A stretch of 37,625 bases of DNA from Anaerolineae bacterium (GCA_027021705.1 JALUTT010000089.1:1-37625); one strand, 5' to 3'. Shown: positions 25,920-35,507, counted from the stretch's first letter. Made by a program: numbers and translations. The notes: generated by a model from the sequence alone, not told the origin.

Positions 25920-26008
25920 TCTGCTCCCCCGTGTTGTTTGAACCCGACGGCCGGTCCTACAAAGGACAGGAAATCCCCCCAGCCACCGCTCAATGCGGGA
26001 CGGAGTAG

Positions 26009-26037
26009 ATGTTACCACAATTGCGCCAACTCGTCAA
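26009..26037 (-). promoter_or_regulatory. Putative sigma70 promoter for infC
   Basis: TTGACG - 17 nt - TAACAT with TGn extension. Confidence 0.55.
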
Positions 26038-26167
26038 CCGGAATCCCCACAGGTTCTAGGGGTTATCAATGCCCGAGCAAGATCCCGATTCCCGAAGGCT
26101 CCGCAAGGCGATCTTCGCCTCGGGATACCCTCGAGAAGGGAAGCCTGTTGCCTCTCAGGGTCGCTTC

Positions 26168-26917
26168 TTAGACTTCGGGAACCTCCATCGCGCTCCGCCG
26201 CAGGACGACATAGCGGCTCAGGTTGCCCTCCCGACCGTCGGCGTCGAAGGCCTCGACCAGAACCAGGCCGGCCGCCCGGATCAGCCGCGCCATCTCCGCC
26301 TCGTCCACCAGGTGGACGTAGCGATAGCCGTACCCATCCCGCCGCCAGTCCAGGAGGTAATCCCCCGGCTCCAGCACCTCCGGGGAGAGCCCCACAGCGC
26401 TCCAGGGGACGACCCGCCGACGCAGCCGCTCCGCCCGCAGGAACTGCCAGGTGGAGAGGCCACAGGTACCGCCCGGCTTGAGCAGCGCAGCCACTTGGCC
26501 CAGGAAGCGGGCCCGCAGCGCGAAGCTGGGCAGGTGGTGCAGCAGGGCCAGGGCCAACACTACGTCGAAGGAAGCGGGGGGCAGGTCATCGGCCCAGGCC
26601 GGCCCGGCGACATCGGCCACACGGAAGGTGGTCTGGACATGCCGCAGCGCCCGGCAGCGCTGCCGGGCCAGCGCCACCATCGCCGGGCTGAAGTCCAGAC
26701 CCTGGTAGATCACGGGCCGCTCCACCGCCTCCAGCCAGCGGGCGATCCGCCCGTCGCCACACCCCACGTCCAGCAGCCGTCCGCCCGCCGGGATATAGGG
26801 GAGCAGCCGCCAGAAGCCCGGCTGATCCCGGGGCCGGCTATCGGCGAAGGAGCGGGCGAAGGCGGTGTAGAAGGTCCGGTTGATCTCCAACAGTCGGTTG
26901 ACGATTTCAGGATTCAA
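26168..26917 (-). CDS. Class I SAM-dependent methyltransferase, Trm9/ALKBH8-like
   Basis: LLDVGCGDGR, GLDFS, FDVVLALALLHH, LKPGG...STW, YRYVH; probable TTG start 26917. Confidence is for the MTase call; Trm9 likeness is less certain. Confidence 0.85.
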   Translation of the reverse strand: MNPEIVNRLLEINRTFYTAFARSFADSRPRDQPGFWRLLPYIPAGGRLLDVGCGDGRIARWLEAVERPVIYQGLDFSPAMVALARQRCRALRHVQTTFRVADVAGPAWADDLPPASFDVVLALALLHHLPSFALRARFLGQVAALLKPGGTCGLSTWQFLRAERLRRRVVPWSAVGLSPEVLEPGDYLLDWRRDGYGYRYVHLVDEAEMARLIRAAGLVLVEAFDADGREGNLSRYVVLRRSAMEVPEV

Positions 26918-26964
26918 GGTAAAATCGGGATCAGAGAAACCGCATCGAGACCCAGGGCTCAGAT

Positions 26965-28617
26965 ATGGGAAGTGTAGCACAAAACGGGAAAGCGGCAACG
27001 GTGGATCGCCACCGGGGGGACTGGGACCCGGCGTCGGAGGCGGAGCGCCTGCAGTCTCTCCTGCAGGCGGTGGCCGCTATGGAGCCCTTCACGCCAACCC
27101 GGTTGCGCCGGCTCCTCTCCCGCCACCGCCGCTCCGACGGGCAGCCCTTCTCCAAAGATCAGTTGGTCGCGGGCTACAAATGGCTATGCGAAAGGGGCGA
27201 TCTCCCCCCCAACCCGGAACTGCTCCGCCGGCTCCGCATGAAGCCGGTCCGCACCCTCTCCGGCGTCGCCCCCGTCGCCGTGATGACCAAACCCTTCCCC
27301 TGCCCCGGCGAGTGCATCTTCTGCCCTGAAGACGTCCGCATGCCCAAGAGCTACCTGCCCGACGAGCCCGGGGCCATGCGGGCCGAGCGCTACCGCTTCG
27401 ATCCCTACGAGCAGACGGCCGGCCGCATCGAGGCGCTGGAGCGCATAGGCCACACCGCGGACAAGGTGGAGCTCCTCATCCTGGGCGGCACCTGGTCCTA
27501 CTACCCCCCCGACTACCAGGAGTGGTTCATCCGCCGCTGCCTGGAGGCGATGAACGGCACCGAGGCCCGCTCCCTGGTCGAGGCCCAGCGGGCCAACGAG
27601 ACGGCTCCTCACCGGAACGTGGGGTTGGTCATCGAGACCCGGCCCGATTACATCACGCCGGAGGAGGTGCAGCGGCTCCGCTACCTGGGCGTCACGAAGG
27701 TGCAACTGGGGGTGCAGAGCCTGGACGACCGCATCCTGGCCCTGAACCGGCGCGGCCACACCGTGGAGGATGTCCGGCGGGCGATGGCCCTGCTCCGGGC
27801 CGCCGGCTTCAAGATCGCCGTCCACTGGATGCCCAACCTGCTGGGCGCGACGCCCGAATCCGACCTGGAGGACTTCCGGCGGCTCTGGACCGATCCGGCG
27901 CTGCGCCCCGACGAACTGAAGATCTACCCCACCGCCCTCCTGGACAACACGGCCCTGTACGATCACTGGCGACGGGGGGAGTACAAGCCCTACAGCACGG
28001 AGACGCTGGTGGAGTTGCTGATCGCCTGCAAGCAGACCATCCCCCCCTACTGCCGGGTCAACCGGGTGATCCGGGACATCCCGGCAGGTCACATTGTGGC
28101 GGGCAACACCCTGTCCAACCTCCGGGAAATCGTGCAGCGGGAGATGGGGAAGCGCGGGCTCCGGTGCCGCTGCATCCGCTGTCGGGAGGTGCGGGGGCAG
28201 CCGGTGGAGCCGGAGCGGCTGCGCCGGCGGGAGATCACCTACGAGACGACGGTGAGCCGGGAGCACTTCCTCAGCTACGAGACGCCCGAGGGCAAGCTGG
28301 TCGGCTTCCTGCGCCTCTCGTTGCCCGATCCGGCGGCTCAGGCGGCGACAGGGCTGGAGGAGATCGTGGGCAGCGCGATGATCCGAGAGGTGCACGTCTA
28401 CGGGCCGGCCCTGGCCATTGGGGCGGAGCGGAGCGACGAGGCCCAGCACGCGGGCCTGGGCGGCCGGCTCATCGCCTGGGCGCGGGAGATCGCCCATCGG
28501 GCCGGTTACCGCCGGCTGGCCGTCATCGCCGCCGTGGGAACGCGGGGCTACTACCGCCGGCACGGTTTCGTCCTGGGCGAGACCTATGTGTTGGGTCCGT
28601 CGGTCCTTGGTCCCTAG
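26965..28617 (+). CDS. elp3: Elp3 radical SAM / GNAT tRNA U34 carboxymethylation enzyme (start 26965 or GTG 27001)
   Basis: KPVRTLSGVAPVAVMTKPFPCPGECIFCP, PKSY, GGTW, ETRPD, LKIYPT, RVIRDIP, CRCIRCRE, REVHVYG, QHAGLG. Confidence 0.93.
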   Translation: MGSVAQNGKAATVDRHRGDWDPASEAERLQSLLQAVAAMEPFTPTRLRRLLSRHRRSDGQPFSKDQLVAGYKWLCERGDLPPNPELLRRLRMKPVRTLSGVAPVAVMTKPFPCPGECIFCPEDVRMPKSYLPDEPGAMRAERYRFDPYEQTAGRIEALERIGHTADKVELLILGGTWSYYPPDYQEWFIRRCLEAMNGTEARSLVEAQRANETAPHRNVGLVIETRPDYITPEEVQRLRYLGVTKVQLGVQSLDDRILALNRRGHTVEDVRRAMALLRAAGFKIAVHWMPNLLGATPESDLEDFRRLWTDPALRPDELKIYPTALLDNTALYDHWRRGEYKPYSTETLVELLIACKQTIPPYCRVNRVIRDIPAGHIVAGNTLSNLREIVQREMGKRGLRCRCIRCREVRGQPVEPERLRRREITYETTVSREHFLSYETPEGKLVGFLRLSLPDPAAQAATGLEEIVGSAMIREVHVYGPALAIGAERSDEAQHAGLGGRLIAWAREIAHRAGYRRLAVIAAVGTRGYYRRHGFVLGETYVLGPSVLGP

Positions 28618-28704
28618 TCCTCAGTCCTCGGTCCTCAGTCCTCGGTCCTCAGCCTGGGGGCGGGTGGTCGCTTGGTCAGGTGGTCGGGTGGTCAGCGGTC
28701 GGTA
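28602..28704. repeat. Compound array: RGTCCTC 7-mer x7 then CGGGTGGT-type 8-mer x4-5
   Basis: ggtcctt ggtccct agtcctc agtcctc ggtcctc agtcctc ggtcctc ... cgggtggt cgcttggt caggtggt cgggtggt; spans the elp3 stop. Confidence 0.85.
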
Positions 28705-28737
28705 GAAACGATTCTTTGGGGGAGGCCACAGGTTGAA

Positions 28738-29052
28738 ATGAAGCCGAAGATTCGCATCCCTGAAGACGAAATCGCCCGCTTTTGCCATCGCTGGAAAGTC
28801 GCAGAGCTGGCCCTGTTCGGTTCGGCGTTGCGAGAAGATTTCAGCCCAGACAGCGACGTAGACGTTCTGGTCTCTTTCGCCCCTGATGCCCGTTGGAGCC
28901 TATTTGACCTGGTGTCTATGCAGCATGAGCTAGAATCCATCCTGGGACGCAAAGTGGATCTTGTGGAACGCCGGGCTGTGGAGCAAAGCGAGAACTACAT
29001 CCGCCGCAAGAGCATCCTCAGGAACCTGGAGATCATTTATGCCGCGAGATGA
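28738..29052 (+). CDS. MNT nucleotidyltransferase (MntA-like antitoxin)
   Basis: [20 protein letters not shown] (GSx10DxD), GRKVDLV; ATG 28738 after GGAGG. Confidence 0.9.
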   Translation: MKPKIRIPEDEIARFCHRWKVAELALFGSALREDFSPDSDVDVLVSFAPDARWSLFDLVSMQHELESILGRKVDLVERRAVEQSENYIRRKSILRNLEIIYAAR

Positions 29053-29383
29053 AGCCTACTTGCTGGACATCCTCATTGCAGCCCGCAAAGCGCTGCAGTT
29101 CGTCGAGGACCTCTCCTGGGAAGAATTCGAGCGAAGCGAATTGCATCAAAACGCGGTGATACGCTCCTTGGAGATTATCGGCGAGGCTGCCCGTCTCGTC
29201 TCAAGGCAAACCCGTAACGCCCACCCTGAGATCCCTTGGAGCCAAATGATCGGCATGCGTAACCGCCTGATCCACGAGTACTTCCGTGTAGACCTTGCGA
29301 CCGTTTGGGAGACCATCCAGAAGGACCTGCCTGCGCTGGTTGCCCTGCTAGAGCCCCTGGTTCCACCACAAGAAGATGCTTGA
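29039..29383 (+). CDS. HEPN/DUF86 (HepT-like) toxin
   Basis: [25 protein letters not shown] (Rx4HxY). Confidence 0.9.
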   Translation: MPRDEAYLLDILIAARKALQFVEDLSWEEFERSELHQNAVIRSLEIIGEAARLVSRQTRNAHPEIPWSQMIGMRNRLIHEYFRVDLATVWETIQKDLPALVALLEPLVPPQEDA

Positions 29384-29424
29384 CTAGCGATGAACGTTCA
29401 GTCCAAAAGTGCCTTCGAGCGGAA

Positions 29425-29453
29425 TTGACAACACGCTCTATCCCTGCTATACT
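29425..29453 (+). promoter_or_regulatory. Sigma70-type promoter for SCP2-ADH-AOR operon
   Basis: TTGACA - 17 nt - TATACT with TG extension; perfect palindrome TGAACGTTCA upstream at 29391-29400. Confidence 0.8.
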
Positions 29454-29522
29454 CCGTCTAGCTCAGCGGTGCCACTTTTCACGATTGGCCCCATTCCCCC
29501 TGAACCCCTACCGAGGTGAGAT

Positions 29523-29942
29523 ATGAGCGAGCGTATCCCCTTTGCGACCGACGCCTGGGTCAAGCGGCTATGCGAAGAACTCAACAAGAGCGAGCGCTAT
29601 CGCGAGGCCGCCAAGAAGTGGGAAGGTGATCTCTACTTTATCATCGAGCCCGAAGGCCGGCTCACCGAGAAGGTCTTTATGTACATGGACCTTTGGCACG
29701 GCGAGTGCCGCCAGGCTTTCGTTGCCGAAGACGAAAACGCCGTCTCCCCCGCCTTCCGTATGTGGGCCCCCGTGAGCATCTGGAAGCGGATCATTGACGG
29801 CAAACTGGACCCGATGCAGGCCCTCCTCACCCGCCAGCTCAAGATGAAGGGCAATATGGCCAAGATCATGCGCAACGTCAAGGCCGCTCAGGAGCTGGTC
29901 CGCTGTGCCACGATGATCCCCACCGAGTTCCCCATTGACTGA
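29523..29942 (+). CDS. SCP2 sterol/lipid-carrier domain protein
   Basis: WKRIIDGKLDPMQALLTRQLKMKGNMAKIMR is a typical SCP2 C-terminus; RBS GAGGTG. Confidence 0.85.
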   Translation: MSERIPFATDAWVKRLCEELNKSERYREAAKKWEGDLYFIIEPEGRLTEKVFMYMDLWHGECRQAFVAEDENAVSPAFRMWAPVSIWKRIIDGKLDPMQALLTRQLKMKGNMAKIMRNVKAAQELVRCATMIPTEFPID

Positions 29943-29991
29943 GGACCCATCGGGCCCATCCTCGCCCGACGGCCCCAAGGGAGTGCCAACG

Positions 29992-31155
29992 ATGTGGTTC
30001 TTTCGCAGCCCCCAGATTGTCTTCGGCGAGCACGCCCTGGACTACCTGCGTCAGGTCGAGGGCCAGCGTGCTTTCATTGTCACCGACGAGACGATGGTCC
30101 AGATGGGCTTCGTCGCCCTGGTGGAAGAGCGGCTGGCCGAGGCCGGCCTGGAGACCGCCTGCTTCGCCGAAGTGGAGCCCGACCCCTCTGTTGAAACGGT
30201 GGAACGAGGAGCCGCCCAGATGCGGGCCTTCGCCCCCGATTGGATCATCGGCTTGGGCGGAGGCTCCTCGATGGACGCAGCCAAGGCGATGTGGATCCTC
30301 TACGAACGCCCCGACCTGGACCCTCGCGCCATCACCCCCTTCGACCATCTGGGGCTCCGTCAGAAGGCCCGGATGATCGCCATCCCCACCACCAGCGGCA
30401 CCGGCTCCGAGGTGACCTGGGCCATTGTGCTCACCGACACCGAAGAAGCACGCAAGTTCGGCACCGGCTGTCCCGAGGCGCTCCCCGACCTGGCCATCGT
30501 GGACCCCCACCTGGCGGCCCGGATGCCCCCTCGCCTGACGGCCGATACCGGGATGGATGCCCTGACCCAGTGCATTGAGGGCTACGTCTCGACCTGGCAC
30601 AACGACTTCACCGACGGCCTCAACCTAAAGGGGATCCAGCTGATCTTCGAGTATCTGCCCCGAGCCTACGAGAACCCCGACGACATGGAGGCGCGGGAGC
30701 ATATGCACAACGCCGCCACCCTGTCGGGGCTGGGCTATATGAACGCGATGGTGGGCCTGGCCCACGCGATGGGCCACGCCCTGGGTGCCCACTTCCACGT
30801 CCCCCACGGACGGGCGGTCGGGCTCTACCTGCCCTACACCATCGAGTTCTCCGTCCGGGAGGGCGACACCCGGTACGGGGAGATCGCCCGCTCCCTGGGA
30901 CTGCCGGCGGCCGACGAGGTCGAGGGGGCCCGTAGCCTGGTTCAAGCCATCCACGATCTGGCCCGGCGCATCGGCCAGCCCCTTACCATCCAGGAGTTGG
31001 GCCTGGACGCCGAGAGCTACCGGACCCGGATCCCCGATCTGGTGACCCACAGCGAGGAGGATGCCAGCATCGTCGCCTGCCCCCGCCAGCCCACCACCGA
31101 GGAACTCCATCGCCTCTTCGAGTACGCTTACGACGGTCGGTCGGTGGATTTTTAG
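29992..31155 (+). CDS. Iron-containing alcohol dehydrogenase
   Basis: GLGGGSSMDAAK, IPTTSGTGSEVT, DTGMDAL, GLAHAMGH, HVPHG. Confidence 0.93.
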   Translation: MWFFRSPQIVFGEHALDYLRQVEGQRAFIVTDETMVQMGFVALVEERLAEAGLETACFAEVEPDPSVETVERGAAQMRAFAPDWIIGLGGGSSMDAAKAMWILYERPDLDPRAITPFDHLGLRQKARMIAIPTTSGTGSEVTWAIVLTDTEEARKFGTGCPEALPDLAIVDPHLAARMPPRLTADTGMDALTQCIEGYVSTWHNDFTDGLNLKGIQLIFEYLPRAYENPDDMEAREHMHNAATLSGLGYMNAMVGLAHAMGHALGAHFHVPHGRAVGLYLPYTIEFSVREGDTRYGEIARSLGLPAADEVEGARSLVQAIHDLARRIGQPLTIQELGLDAESYRTRIPDLVTHSEEDASIVACPRQPTTEELHRLFEYAYDGRSVDF

Positions 31156-31226
31156 AGGAGCACCCAACCCTACCGGCCCACACCGCTTGTGAGCCCACAC
31201 GCTCTGGAGACCCACGAGGGAGGCCC

Positions 31227-33071
31227 GTGAACGGATACGCCGGCAAGCTCTTGATCGTCAACCTGTCCGACGGGACGATCCGCGAGGAACCGCTGAACGC
31301 CGAATGGGCCCGCCAGTTCATCGGGGCCGGTGGCCTGGCGGCCCGCTACCTCTACGAGATGGTGGATGCCGACACCGACCCGCTGGGGCCGGAGAACCCG
31401 CTGATCTGGATGACCGGCCTGCTCACCGGCACCCGGCTCCCCTCCGGCTCCCGCTCTGCCTTCTGTGCCCGCTCCCCCCTCACCGGCCTCTGGGGAGAGG
31501 CCAACATCGGGGGATTCGCCGGCGTTGCCCTGCGGCAGGCCGGCTACGACGGCGTCATCATCCTGGGGCAGTCTCCCATTCCCGTCTACCTCTACATCAC
31601 CGACCAGGGGGCGGAGATCCGGGACGCCACCCCCTACTGGGGCTTGGACACCTACGAGACCCAGGCCCGGCTATCGGAGGCGCTGGGGGGGCGCCCGGTG
31701 CGGGTGGCCTGCATCGGGCCGGCGGGTGAGAATCTGGTCCGCTACGCCGCCATCTTCAACGCCGATGCTCGGGCCGCCGGCCGCACCGGGATGGGGGCGG
31801 TGATGGGCAGCAAACGGCTCAAGGCCATCGCCGTCCGGGGGCGGGGCCAGGTGCCCCTCAGCGAGCGGGAGCGGTTCAACCAGGCCGCCCGGCAGGCTCT
31901 GCAGGCGATCCAGGAGGACTTCGCCATCTCGGTTCTCAAGGAGCTGGGCACAGCCGGTGGCCTGGAGTTCTTCCATATGCTCGGTGCCGTTCCTGCCCGC
32001 TACTGGACCTTGGGCGACTACGAAGGAGCGCTGAACCTGAGCGGGGCGGCCATTGCCGAGACGATCCAGATGGGGACCACCGGCTGCTGGGGCTGCTGGG
32101 TCCAGTGTGGCCGAGAGGTTCAGGTCACCGACGGCCCTTTCCCCGTCCCGCGCACCGACGGGCCGGAGTACGAGACTGTCGTCTCCCTGGGGGCCAACCT
32201 GCTCATTGACGACCTGAAGGCGGTCGCCTACTTCGACCTGCTCTGCGACGCCCTGGGGATGGACACCATCAGCACCGGCGGAGCCATCGGGTTCGCCTTT
32301 TACCTGTACAACGAGGGGATCATCGGCCCCGACGAGACGGATGGGCTGGAGCTGACCTGGGGGAACGTCGAAGCCGTCGCCCCCCTGATCCGCAAGATCG
32401 CCGCTCAGGAAGGGTTTGGCGCGGTCCTGGCCCAGGGGAGCCGGGCGATGGAAGCCCACTACAACGTCCCCGGCTTGGCCGTCCAGGTCCACGGCCTGGA
32501 GCCGGGGATGTACGACCCCCGGGCGATGTCGGGGATGGCCCTCGTCTTCCTCACCTCCCCTCGGGGGGCTTGCCACAACAAGAGCGACTACTACATGGTC
32601 GAGTCCGGCCACAGCTTCCCCGAGGTGGGGGTCTGGAACACCGGCGACCAACGGCGGGAGGTGGGGAAGCCCCTCTCGGTAGCCCGGCACCAGGACTGGC
32701 GATCCTTCGTGGACAGCGCCGGGGCCTGCCAGTTCGTCAACGCCCCCATCCCTAGGATGGTGGAAATGGTGCGGGCGGCGACCGGCTGGGAGGTGACCGC
32801 CCGAGATCTGGCCCGCACGGGGGAACGCATCTTCACCCTCAAATGGCTGATCAACCACAAGCTGGGCTGGCGACGGGAGCAGCAGGTCTTCCCCCGCCTG
32901 TGGGAGCAGGCCCTGGATGAAGGCCCGACGGAGGGCTTCGTGCCGGCCTGGGAAGCGATGTTACGGGCCTACTACGAGCACCGAGAATGGGACTGGGAGA
33001 CAGGACGCCCCAGGCCGGAGAAGCTGAAAGCGCTGGGGCTGGACACCTTCATCCCTGATCTGTGGAAATGA
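31227..33071 (+). CDS. aor: Aldehyde:ferredoxin oxidoreductase (tungstopterin family)
   Basis: DPLGPENPL, SPLTG, IGPAGENLVRYA, GMGAVMGSKRLKA, CxxCxxxC (CWGCWVQC), GPEYET, GMDTIS, RGACH. Confidence 0.93.
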   Translation: MNGYAGKLLIVNLSDGTIREEPLNAEWARQFIGAGGLAARYLYEMVDADTDPLGPENPLIWMTGLLTGTRLPSGSRSAFCARSPLTGLWGEANIGGFAGVALRQAGYDGVIILGQSPIPVYLYITDQGAEIRDATPYWGLDTYETQARLSEALGGRPVRVACIGPAGENLVRYAAIFNADARAAGRTGMGAVMGSKRLKAIAVRGRGQVPLSERERFNQAARQALQAIQEDFAISVLKELGTAGGLEFFHMLGAVPARYWTLGDYEGALNLSGAAIAETIQMGTTGCWGCWVQCGREVQVTDGPFPVPRTDGPEYETVVSLGANLLIDDLKAVAYFDLLCDALGMDTISTGGAIGFAFYLYNEGIIGPDETDGLELTWGNVEAVAPLIRKIAAQEGFGAVLAQGSRAMEAHYNVPGLAVQVHGLEPGMYDPRAMSGMALVFLTSPRGACHNKSDYYMVESGHSFPEVGVWNTGDQRREVGKPLSVARHQDWRSFVDSAGACQFVNAPIPRMVEMVRAATGWEVTARDLARTGERIFTLKWLINHKLGWRREQQVFPRLWEQALDEGPTEGFVPAWEAMLRAYYEHREWDWETGRPRPEKLKALGLDTFIPDLWK

Positions 33072-33138
33072 GGTCATCCCGCCCCACCGACCCACAGCGC
33101 TGTCTCCGCAAGACGATGGATGAGCGAGAGGAGGAGCC

Positions 33139-33408
33139 GTGGCACGACGAACGAAACGCAAGAAGCGAAGCAACCGCACCACGCAAATCTTCTGGGTTTC
33201 CCTGAGCCTTCTGGTAGCGGTGAGCACCATCCTGACCCTGGTGGTGAGTGTCAACCCACCCCCTCCCCCGACGCCCACCCTGGCGATCCCCACCCTCTTG
33301 CCCCGGGTGACGCCCCTGGTATCACCAACACCGACCTCGACGGCGACGCCCACGCCTACGCCGACGTTGGGGCCGGCCTTGCCTCCAACCTTCACACCGA
33401 CACCGTAA
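33139..33408 (+). CDS. Small single-TM protein with Pro/Thr-rich tail
   Basis: GAGGAG RBS, GTG start, basic N-terminus, one hydrophobic helix, PT repeats. Confidence 0.65.
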   Translation: MARRTKRKKRSNRTTQIFWVSLSLLVAVSTILTLVVSVNPPPPPTPTLAIPTLLPRVTPLVSPTPTSTATPTPTPTLGPALPPTFTPTP

Positions 33409-33501
33409 CAGCACAGCGCCGGAATAGGGATTCCAGCGCTGCTAGAAATTCGTTGCCGGGGATTCTGGCACTGTTTGATCTGAGTGTGACCAAAACTCAC
33501 C

Positions 33502-33546
33502 GGGGGGATGTAGAGGCAACTTGCAGGTTGCCCCTACCCCCCTTTT
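33502..33546. terminator. Hairpin terminator between convergent transcripts
   Basis: ggggggatgtagaggcaac...gttgcccctacccccc followed by tttt on the + strand. Confidence 0.65.
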
Positions 33547-33552
33547 GGTCGC

Positions 33553-33933
33553 TCACTTGATCTCGACGACCGCGCCGGCCTCTTCCAGAAGCTTCTTGGC
33601 CTCTTCGGCGGCCTCTTTGGAGACGGCCTCCTGAACGGGAGTCGGGGCGCTCTCCACCAGGCTCTTGGCCTCCTTCAGGCCCAGGGCCGTCAGCTTGCGC
33701 ACCGCCTTGATGACCTCGATCTTCTTGGGACCGATCTCCTTGAGGATGACGTCGAACTCGGTCTTCTCCTCTTCCGGCTCGGCGGCCGGAGCGGCCATGC
33801 CGGGCATCGCTGCCATAGCGACCGGAGCCGCCGCGCTGACGCCCAGCTTCTCCTCCAGCATCTTCACCAATTCCGAAGCCTCCAGCAGGGTGAGGCTGCT
33901 GATCTCTTCGACAAGCTTCTCCAAATCTGCCAT
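33553..33933 (-). CDS. rplL: 50S ribosomal protein L7/L12
   Basis: [27 protein letters not shown]. Confidence 0.97.
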   Translation of the reverse strand: MADLEKLVEEISSLTLLEASELVKMLEEKLGVSAAAPVAMAAMPGMAAPAAEPEEEKTEFDVILKEIGPKKIEVIKAVRKLTALGLKEAKSLVESAPTPVQEAVSKEAAEEAKKLLEEAGAVVEIK

Positions 33934-33983
33934 CGTTCCTCCTTAAACAATGTAACGTTCTGGGTTTTTACGTTCTACGTGAC

Positions 33984-34511
33984 TTAGGCGGTTTCCAGTT
34001 GCTCGATGCGGGCCTGCAGCAAGTTGAGAATCTGCCGGATGCCGCCCGCCACCACGCCCGCCACCTGACGCGCCGGCCCCTGGATGCCCCCGAGCACCTG
34101 GGCCATCAAGACCTCGCGCGTCGGCAGATCGGCCAGAGCCCGAATCCCCTCCGGGTCCATCACACGCCCTTCGAGGATGCCCCCCTTGATCTGCAACCGC
34201 TCCAGTTCCTTCGTGGCCTCGACCAGCGCCTTGGCCACAGGAGGGACCTCCCCCAGACAGAAGCTGACGGCCGTGGGGCCCCTCAGTAGCTCGTCGGGGA
34301 TGGGGAGGCCGGCCTGAGCCAAAGCCAGTCGCAACAGGGTGTTCTTGACCACGTGGTAGGCCCCCTCTGCTTCGCGCACCCGGCGGCGTACCTGGGTCAT
34401 CTCGGCCACCGTCAGCCCCTGATTTTCTGTGAAGATGAGGGCAGAGCTACGGGCGGCCATCTCGGCGAACTGGCGCACCAACATCTCCTTGCGTTCACGG
34501 GTGAGAGCCAA
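33984..34511 (-). CDS. rplJ: 50S ribosomal protein L10
   Basis: GLTVAEMTQVR, VVKNTL, GPTA, LADLPTRE; TTG start 34511 after AGGAGGT. Confidence 0.95.
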   Translation of the reverse strand: MALTRERKEMLVRQFAEMAARSSALIFTENQGLTVAEMTQVRRRVREAEGAYHVVKNTLLRLALAQAGLPIPDELLRGPTAVSFCLGEVPPVAKALVEATKELERLQIKGGILEGRVMDPEGIRALADLPTREVLMAQVLGGIQGPARQVAGVVAGGIRQILNLLQARIEQLETA

Positions 34512-34539
34512 GTTTCGACCACCTCCTTTCTGCAAACAA

Positions 34540-34688
34540 AATCGTCTTTGCATCGCCGCCGACGCAAAGACGATCCTTCGGAAATCCACCACCCTTCCCC
34601 TCACCAGGGGAAAGAGGGGGGTCTCCACAGCCGTCATTGCCTCGGCAGGCGATGGTTTAAGCCCCTGAAGAGCACCTGCTGTCTCAGG
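34540..34688 (-). promoter_or_regulatory. L10 leader (autogenous control RNA)
   Basis: cctgagacagcagg...ttaa...cctgccgagg core (34688-34640) followed by hairpins, upstream of rplJ. Confidence 0.8.
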
Positions 34689-34703
34689 CTATCCGGTTGT
34701 CCC

Positions 34704-35420
34704 TCAAGCAACTTCCATCATACTGGCCTGGATGGGATCTACCTTGATGCCGGGCCCCATAGACGTCGAGACCGTCACGCGACGGATATACTGGCCTTTG
34801 GCGGCCGCCGGACGGGCTCGCTTCACGGCGTGCATCAGCGCCGCCATATTCTCCAAGAGGTGCTCGGTGGGGAAACTGACCTTCCCAATGGGCACGTGCA
34901 GGTTCCCCGTCCTGTCCACCCGGAACTCCACCCGGCCTGCCTTGGCCTCCTTGATGACGTGGGGAAGAGCATCGGCCGGGACGATGGTGCCCGCCTTGGG
35001 GTTGGGCATCAGGCCTCGGGGACCCAGGATACGGCCCAGCCGCCCCACCTTGCCCATCATCTCCGGGACGGCGATGGCCACGTCGAAATCGGTCCACCCA
35101 TTCTGGATCTTTTTGATCCACTCGTCGTCGTCGGCTACGTAATCGGCACCGGCCTCCCGGGCGATCCGAGCCGCATCCCCCTGAGCAAAGACCAGCACCC
35201 GAACCTGCTTGCCCAGCCCATGAGGGAGCACGACGACATCCCGGACCTGCTGATCGGCATGGCGCGGGTCCACCCCCAACCGGATGTGGACCTCGACGGT
35301 CTCATCAAAGTTAGCGTAGCTGGTCTCTTTGGCCAGCTTCAACGCCTCTTCAGGCGTATAATACCGCTGGCGGTCAACCTTCGCCAGCGCTTCCCTGTAC
35401 TTCTTTCCGTGCTTTGGCAT
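34704..35420 (-). CDS. rplA: 50S ribosomal protein L1
   Basis: [40 protein letters not shown]. Confidence 0.97.
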   Translation of the reverse strand: MPKHGKKYREALAKVDRQRYYTPEEALKLAKETSYANFDETVEVHIRLGVDPRHADQQVRDVVVLPHGLGKQVRVLVFAQGDAARIAREAGADYVADDDEWIKKIQNGWTDFDVAIAVPEMMGKVGRLGRILGPRGLMPNPKAGTIVPADALPHVIKEAKAGRVEFRVDRTGNLHVPIGKVSFPTEHLLENMAALMHAVKRARPAAAKGQYIRRVTVSTSMGPGIKVDPIQASMMEVA

Positions 35421-35430
35421 CGTTCCTCCT

Positions 35431-35460
35431 GTGGTTCAAGCGGGCTGTAACCCTCCCACG
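35431..35460 (-). promoter_or_regulatory. Putative L1-binding mRNA site directly upstream of rplA
   Basis: gtgggagggt...cccgcttgaaccac abutting the RBS; resembles the known L1 regulatory motif. Confidence 0.6.
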
Positions 35461-35507
35461 ACATAAGCGATACAAGAGGCGATCGGTCGCTTGCCTCTCG
35501 CCTCCCG

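Noticed and set aside
25925..26005. Canonical L20 leader upstream of infC
   Set aside because: Position fits, but I cannot recognise the conserved motif by eye; needs a covariance-model search.
2804..28704. Short arrays as CRISPR
   Set aside because: Units are 7-8 bp and contiguous, with no unique spacers and no cas genes.
28672..28737. Upstream extensions of the third MNT (28672) and HEPN (28961) ORFs
   Set aside because: They run through the repeat array or the overlapping gene; ATG 28738 and ATG 29039 match family N-termini.
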